Virus record (IMG/VR): IMGVR_UViG_3300023313_000003
Span: 1-64,000 of that record
Length of the DNA stretch: 64,000 bases
Direction: 5' to 3' (one strand)
Source: a virus
Below the pieces are notes generated by a model that did no database searches, was not told the origin of the DNA, and was given only the letters and a program-made list of their open reading frames with translations. Both the position numbers and the translations under genes were made by a program. The stretch's first letter is position 1; each line of letters begins with the position of its first letter. Of this stretch, positions 59,066-64,000 are shown piece after piece.

Positions 59066-59417
59066 AATATACTCCTTGGCTTAAAATTTTTATAATTGGT
59101 TTATTTATTTCTAATTGGTTAAGAGTTTTTAATTCCCTAGTAGTATATGGATTGTAATAATTAAAGTTATTAATAAGCATATCAACTAAATTATTGGCCT
59201 GGAGTTTTAATTGTTTTTCAAGCCTTTCAATACTACCTGTAATTTTTAAGTAAATTTCACCATCGCCAATTGTCCAACAACTAAGCTCATCATTTAAATG
59301 ATTAATCCTTTTAGTAGTTTGCAAAACCGATTCGCTTAAGCTATTTATAAGCATATCAAATTCATTTTGTGATAAATCAATATTATAAGTAAGTTTAGAC
59401 AATGGGATTATATTCAT
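59055..59417 (-). CDS. hypothetical protein, paralog of 59417..59755
   Basis: Likely start MNIIPL at 59417 (TAATG coupling); colinear similarity to its neighbour. Confidence 0.65.
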   Translation of the reverse strand: MNIIPLSKLTYNIDLSQNEFDMLINSLSESVLQTTKRINHLNDELSCWTIGDGEIYLKITGSIERLEKQLKLQANNLVDMLINNFNYYNPYTTRELKTLNQLEINKPIIKILSQGVYYGI

Positions 59418-59755
59418 TAAATACCCCCTATGTTTATAAAGTCGTATACTCTTTGTGTAGCATGGCAATTTTTTAATAATGACAATTCAACACTATTAAA
59501 AGGATTATGATATTCATTATTTAATTCTAGTAAATCTAATAATTGACAACTTGAAGAAAAAAGTAATTGTTCTTTGTGGCTTAAGCCTCTTTTAATATTA
59601 AAGTATTCTGTTTCGTCATCATCTTCAAAATGAATAGTAAGATCATCAAATAATTTATTAACTACTATTAACCTTTCGATAATATCTTCACTTAATACAC
59701 TTATTAAATTGTTTAATTGTTTTTGTTCTAATTTTAATTTATACATATTATTCAC
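59417..59755 (-). CDS. hypothetical protein, paralog of 59055..59417
   Basis: Y...L.Q.....LI..LSE ... Y.NP....EL..L. Confidence 0.65.
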   Translation of the reverse strand: MNNMYKLKLEQKQLNNLISVLSEDIIERLIVVNKLFDDLTIHFEDDDETEYFNIKRGLSHKEQLLFSSSCQLLDLLELNNEYHNPFNSVELSLLKNCHATQRVYDFINIGGI

Positions 59756-59942
59756 CTTTTATTGTCCAAAAAATTTTAGTTGTTTAATCATATCGAGAAT
59801 TAAATTTTCTTCTTGTGCATTTTTAGCCTTTAAAAAACACTTGTTTAAATATTCTAATTTCTCATTATATCCATTTAATTTATCAATCTTTTTTAATATA
59901 TTACTTGTTTTCAACTTTTCACCTTTCCTTTTATTATCCCAA

Positions 59943-60557
59943 TTAAACTTTACAGGGCATTAATACGGCCTTTTCAATGCCTTGTATTGCTTTTCCAGTA
60001 ACAAGAATAGGCTTAATTGTGCAAGTATCCTTTTCAAGTATCATTTTTTTATTAATGTTAAATGTTATTATTTTTGTTTTCCCTGAATTTTCCATGCTAG
60101 AAACTAAATCTTTTAATAAGTCAAAATTAAAACCTATTTTAAAATTTTCTTCACTTTCTTTTAAATTGCCTAGAATACTATCAAGCTTTACATAATCCCG
60201 ATCAATTACATTCAATTGCATTAAAAATTTATCTCCCAATTGAATAATTAAATTGTCACTTAATGAAAAGGTTAACTCGGGGCCTTCTTTTTTGTACTCT
60301 TTTAATATGGCTTTTAATCCCTTTTCATTATTTCTATTGATTATTAAGCCCTCTTTGAAATTATCAAATAAAAACTCATTAAAGCCCCTATCGTTTAATA
60401 TAGTTTGATTCATGCAAAAGCCATTTGTTGATTCTAGTATTACAGTGTCATACTCTCCGGGCCGACAATTTACCCCCATTAAAAAAGTTCTTGTTTCATC
60501 TTTTGAAGCAACTTTAATTAAATTTGTAATTGTTTGAATTGTTTTTTTGTAAATCAT
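59943..60557 (-). CDS. DNA polymerase III beta-clamp-like protein (two domains)
   Basis: ASKDETR..L.GV, STNG, IGFN..LL.D, C-terminal VLMP. Confidence 0.7.
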   Translation of the reverse strand: MIYKKTIQTITNLIKVASKDETRTFLMGVNCRPGEYDTVILESTNGFCMNQTILNDRGFNEFLFDNFKEGLIINRNNEKGLKAILKEYKKEGPELTFSLSDNLIIQLGDKFLMQLNVIDRDYVKLDSILGNLKESEENFKIGFNFDLLKDLVSSMENSGKTKIITFNINKKMILEKDTCTIKPILVTGKAIQGIEKAVLMPCKV

Positions 60558-60663
60558 TTTGTTTTCCTTTGTTAGTTTTTGTTAATTGGTTAATGTTTCT
60601 TTTAATGTTTAGTTAATCTCTTTTAATGTTTTTAATAGGCCCTATTGTCAGGGCCTTAATTAA

Positions 60664-61194
60664 TTAATCTAAGTTCTTTTCTAAGTAGGCAAGTACACCG
60701 TTGAAAATTTCTTGTGCTTCTAGGTATTGGCCAGCTTGCAAAATACTGTTAATATCTCTTGAATTGCCTAGCTCTAATTCTAGGGCCTCATTGCAAAATC
60801 TTTGACGCTTTAAATTACTACTTAACCAATTAGTTAAATGATGATTATAAATACTAATTAATGAGTCGCAAATTTCAGGCTCAATGTCTCGAATATCGTC
60901 TAAATCATTGAAGCTATACTCTAATAAATTACCTATAATTGAGTAGGCCGTTTCATACCTATAATTATCAGGCATGAACTCAATACCATGTATTAAGTCT
61001 CTAAAATCATCTTGCATTAATTCACTTGTATTATCTTTTAAACAATAGAAAGCTTCATCATTTATATTTATTTTTCTTTCAAATTGATTATAAATCTTTT
61101 CAAGAATTAACTTGATTTTTAGTTCTTCACCTTGGCAATTTAAATCACTTAAATTTTTACTTGTTTCTAATTGTTCTTGTAATTGTTCTTTCAT
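60664..61194 (-). CDS. acidic early protein, possibly an Ocr-like DNA mimic
   Basis: DDIRD..EI.DS...IY...L..W resembles the Ocr-type pattern; among the first genes after the non-coding region. Confidence 0.45.
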   Translation of the reverse strand: MKEQLQEQLETSKNLSDLNCQGEELKIKLILEKIYNQFERKININDEAFYCLKDNTSELMQDDFRDLIHGIEFMPDNYRYETAYSIIGNLLEYSFNDLDDIRDIEPEICDSLISIYNHHLTNWLSSNLKRQRFCNEALELELGNSRDINSILQAGQYLEAQEIFNGVLAYLEKNLD

Positions 61195-61234
61195 TTTGTT
61201 TTCCTTTGACCTTTTCGGTCGGTTAATATTCTTT

Positions 61235-61435
61235 TTATATTGTTTTTAATATTTTAATTTCTAACGCTTGAAGTCTTTTAATCTTTCTTAAGACTAATAT
61301 TTCAATAATTGAATTTTTATTATATTCTAAGAACTCAATTAAAATTGTTTTCTTGCCTTTTAAGATTTTAATTTCTTCTAATTTATAAGCCGTTTTAATT
61401 TCTTTAATTGTGTTTTTTAAGTTTTTGTAATTCAT
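61235..61435 (-). CDS. small basic hypothetical protein
   Basis: AAAGGT upstream; Lys/Ile-rich. Confidence 0.45.
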   Translation of the reverse strand: MNYKNLKNTIKEIKTAYKLEEIKILKGKKTILIEFLEYNKNSIIEILVLRKIKRLQALEIKILKTI

Positions 61436-61861
61436 TTTTTACCTTTTATTTAAGTTGATATTTCTAAATTAATGATCTTTTTATTAACATAATTATTTTG
61501 TAATGTTTTGCTGAAATTCTCGCTTCAAATTGTTTTAATGTTTTCATTTTTTAAATCCCTTGTTTTTCGTTACGGCTATAATTGCGTATATACGTTATTC
61601 CGTCAAGTTTTATTTGTCTATTATTTCAAGTTTTTTTTAATTTATTTTAAGTTTTAACGTATATCCTTATAAAATCAATAACTTACGGCTTAATCTTTTT
61701 TTATAATTATTGAATAATAATTAAAATAAGCTTATTTTTTTAAAAAAATTTAGACGTTTTTTGTGGTTTAAATGAAAAAAGGCATATTTTTTAAAAATAT
61801 AAATGACCACTAATATATATATTTTAGCCATACGTTCCTTATTTTCACAAGGCCCGGGCCT

Positions 61862-61891
61862 CTCTCATACGCTCTCATACGCTCTCATATC
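61862..61891. repeat. 10-bp tandem repeat CTCTCATACG x3 (third copy degenerate)
   Basis: Read directly; abuts the palindrome AGGCCCGGGCCT. Confidence 0.85.
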
Positions 61892-62683
61892 GTTTCTAAG
61901 CGTCTTAAATTAAAACTTAATAAGTTAATCGGCTTGCGTTCTTAACGTATGTATAGGCTCGCTTAACGCTCGCTTAGGAACAAAGTTATAATAAGTTTAT
62001 GATCTAAATATAATAAGAGATTTAAAAGGTTTATTTATAGTTTCTTTTTATGTGTTGATTGATTGATATGTGAAAGCCAATTGGGATAATTCTTTTATGT
62101 GTTGAAAATGTGTTTTATAAGATTCTTATATGTACCTATAGGACAAAGGCCACTGTTTTGAATGATTCTAATGGTTTAGGTGTTGTTGTTTACCCCACAT
62201 AATTACGGTTATATGGGGTTAAGTCGTTATATAATATGTAAGTAGTTGATAATAAGTTAAGTGAATAGGTGCTTAATGGTGCGGTTTTCGTATAGGGAAA
62301 GATAGACTTTTTAGGCATTGGCCGAGTGACAGGCTGTTTTTCTCGTATATGGTGCTTTTTTGAAGTGCTTTATTTTTCCCATAATAGCCTTTATTTAGCG
62401 ATATAGTTGTGAAGCTTTATATTCCTAAGTTCGTACTAATAAATCAATATATTACGACTCTCCACGTTACTTACTTGTATGTACCTGTTATCATTGGTGT
62501 TTGGTATGCCAAACAAAAGTTAGGCTTCTCATACTATTGGTTGATTGATTTAACAGACTTCTTTACTATGTAGAAGGTGCTTGGTAGCTAAGGTAAGTAG
62601 TTAATATTACACATGTAAGGAAAGATAAAGAAAGATATTGAAAGGTAGTAGCATTGCTTCAGTTTTCTTTACTGAAGGTGTAT

Positions 62684-62822
62684 AAGCTCACTCCGTTCGC
62701 TTTTAGGAAAGGAGGTGAAAGGAGGTGAAAGGAGGTGAGAAGAGGTGAAAGGAGATTAAAAGAGCTTTTAGGAAAGGAAAGGAGAAGAGTAGTCAAGCTA
62801 TATAGGCTCACTCCGTTCGCCT
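62684..62822. repeat. two GCTCACTCCGTTCGC hairpin motifs flanking a GAAAGGAGGT tandem array
   Basis: Motifs at 62684-62702 and 62804-62822; array 62707-62766. Confidence 0.9.
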
Positions 62823-63001
62823 CTACTGGTCAATATACTGATTAATATACTTAGTTGATATATTAGTTATGTATTCTTTCTCTTATGTTTATATATATGT
62901 GTATATTGATATGTATAGTATATGAGTATTGATTATATAGGTTTATTATATGTATATGTATGTAATAGGTATAATTGTTATATATTGATTATAAGTATTA
63001 G

Positions 63002-63388
63002 TTATTCTTTTATGTTCTTTTCTTTTATTGATGCATTAGTTTCTATATTGTTTCTTGATATATATAGATAACTAAATAAGAAGATGGTATATGGAATTGT
63101 AATTGGTAGGAATATTATTGTTATTGTTATTTTTGTTATTAGTTCCATTATGTTAGTTTTGGGATAAAACCGAGATATGCTAGTTTTGGGATAATATTCT
63201 TTCCAGAATGTTTTTATTGTTTGGATATTTATATTATAGTTGTTTGTTTCTATTAGTTTATTATTGTTCTTATTTATGAAAGATAGATTTAATCTTAATG
63301 TTAATTTGTTTAGTAAAGCTATATTGTTTACTAATACATATAGACTTGAGTTGTTGTTTGAATATGTTCCACCTTGTTTAATTCTCAT
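63002..63388 (-). CDS. hypothetical protein with a C-terminal hydrophobic segment
   Basis: Low-complexity Asn/Ile/Thr ORF with a duplicated YPKT. Confidence 0.4.
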   Translation of the reverse strand: MRIKQGGTYSNNNSSLYVLVNNIALLNKLTLRLNLSFINKNNNKLIETNNYNINIQTIKTFWKEYYPKTSISRFYPKTNIMELITKITITIIFLPITIPYTIFLFSYLYISRNNIETNASIKEKNIKE

Positions 63389-63566
63389 TAATTAGTTCTA
63401 CTTCAACTATAAAATCTACATTGATAATATACTCTCCTATTGAGATAAACCTTTCATGACTATTGAGGAATGTTTTAAATTCCTTTAAGTCTCCATTATA
63501 AACTGCTGTATATATCTTTGCGTGTTGGCCAGCTACTACTGTTATACTATATTCCTTATCCATCAT
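63378..63566 (-). CDS. hypothetical protein
   Basis: AGGTG upstream; overlap coupling. Confidence 0.55.
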   Translation of the reverse strand: MMDKEYSITVVAGQHAKIYTAVYNGDLKEFKTFLNSHERFISIGEYIINVDFIVEVELINEN

Positions 63567-63751
63567 ACTTCACCTATATATATTAAGTTTCCTTTTATTA
63601 GTTCCTCTATAAACTCTTCTCTATACTCTTCATCATTAACATCTTCTATTACTTCTTTTTTAGATCTTAATATATATCCATCATAGGTTAGATATAATCT
63701 ATCAGGGATATAGTAATAAAAAGATTCTGGTATTAAGTAAGTAGTCTTCAA
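63563..63751 (-). CDS. hypothetical protein
   Basis: TTG start with AAGGA RBS. Confidence 0.5.
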   Translation of the reverse strand: MKTTYLIPESFYYYIPDRLYLTYDGYILRSKKEVIEDVNDEEYREEFIEELIKGNLIYIGEV

Positions 63752-64000
63752 AGTTATTCCTTAAAAGGATAGTCTGCATTAATTAGTTTATCCATATACT
63801 CTATTCTTTCTTCATTAGTTGGTAATTGGTATTCTTCATCAGTTAAATTATAGTAGTTATCTGGTTTAACACTATATGTATATAGTTTAGTTGTTCCTAT
63901 TTGTCTTTGCTTCATTCTTATTTTAGTTACTTTCTTTTCAAACTCTCTATATTTAGGTGATCTCTTTTGTAACTTAGTTACCCAATTATATAAAGTTCTA

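Noticed and set aside
121-60195. Many 60-110 aa plus-strand ORFs in the track (e.g. 121..333, 13989..14318, 29334..29603, 49692..49934)
   Set aside because: They are antisense shadows of well-supported minus-strand genes, with no RBS or motifs
61464-61547. 27-aa minus-strand ORF MKTLKQFEARISAK... with an AAGGGA leader
   Set aside because: Plausible first early gene, but too short to support without expression or homology data
62684-62822. Possible CRISPR mini-array
   Set aside because: Only two 19-bp repeats, a ~100-bp repetitive spacer and no cas genes
62830-63000. TA/TG-rich low-complexity tract
   Set aside because: No consistent period or structure; may be an unwinding element, but nothing specific supports that
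1-64000. Stop-codon reassignment
   Set aside because: Long genes are intact and tightly packed under the standard code, and TAA, TAG and TGA all end genes
1-64000. Prophage boundaries or host genes (dnaE, recA and dnaB could look bacterial)
   Set aside because: These genes are divergent, phage-style and co-operonic with gp32-like and gp46/47-like genes; no integrase, att site or housekeeping context was seen

Overview
This 64 kb window is an AT-rich segment of a large tailed dsDNA phage with a siphovirus-type long non-contractile tail and an HK97-fold head. It is coded almost entirely on the minus strand. From the right, in transcription order: a 1.5 kb non-coding, repeat-rich region that may be the genome end or packaging region (61.5-63.0 kb); small early genes, including Ocr-like and beta-clamp-like ORFs (54-61.4 kb); a plus-strand metallophosphoesterase plus HExxH pair; the head module (portal-MuF fusion, protease, acidic scaffold, major capsid); neck, tail tube, frameshifted tail chaperones, tape measure, tail-tip/fibre genes and a holin (18.4-52.7 kb); a plus-strand SF2 helicase; a hairpin- and repeat-rich candidate origin (16.4-17.0 kb); and a replication/recombination operon (DnaB, primase, DnaE with an HNH intein, gp32-like SSB, RecA, SbcCD, RuvC-like). 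I found no terminase, endolysin, integrase, tRNA, CRISPR or reverse transcriptase. The most notable observations are: (1) a sheath-like ~95-aa module in three tail proteins, nested three deep in one of them; (2) a tandem array complementary to the 16S rRNA 3' end, flanked by two covarying GA-sheared hairpins; (3) matched 6x18-aa and 6x14-aa repeats on the two arms of the SbcC coiled coil; (4) GGC/GGG rather than GGA/GGT at every Gly-Pro pair checked (GGWCC avoided, GGCC enriched); (5) a TTGTAWATA candidate late promoter. All family assignments come from motif recognition by eye, not from database searches.
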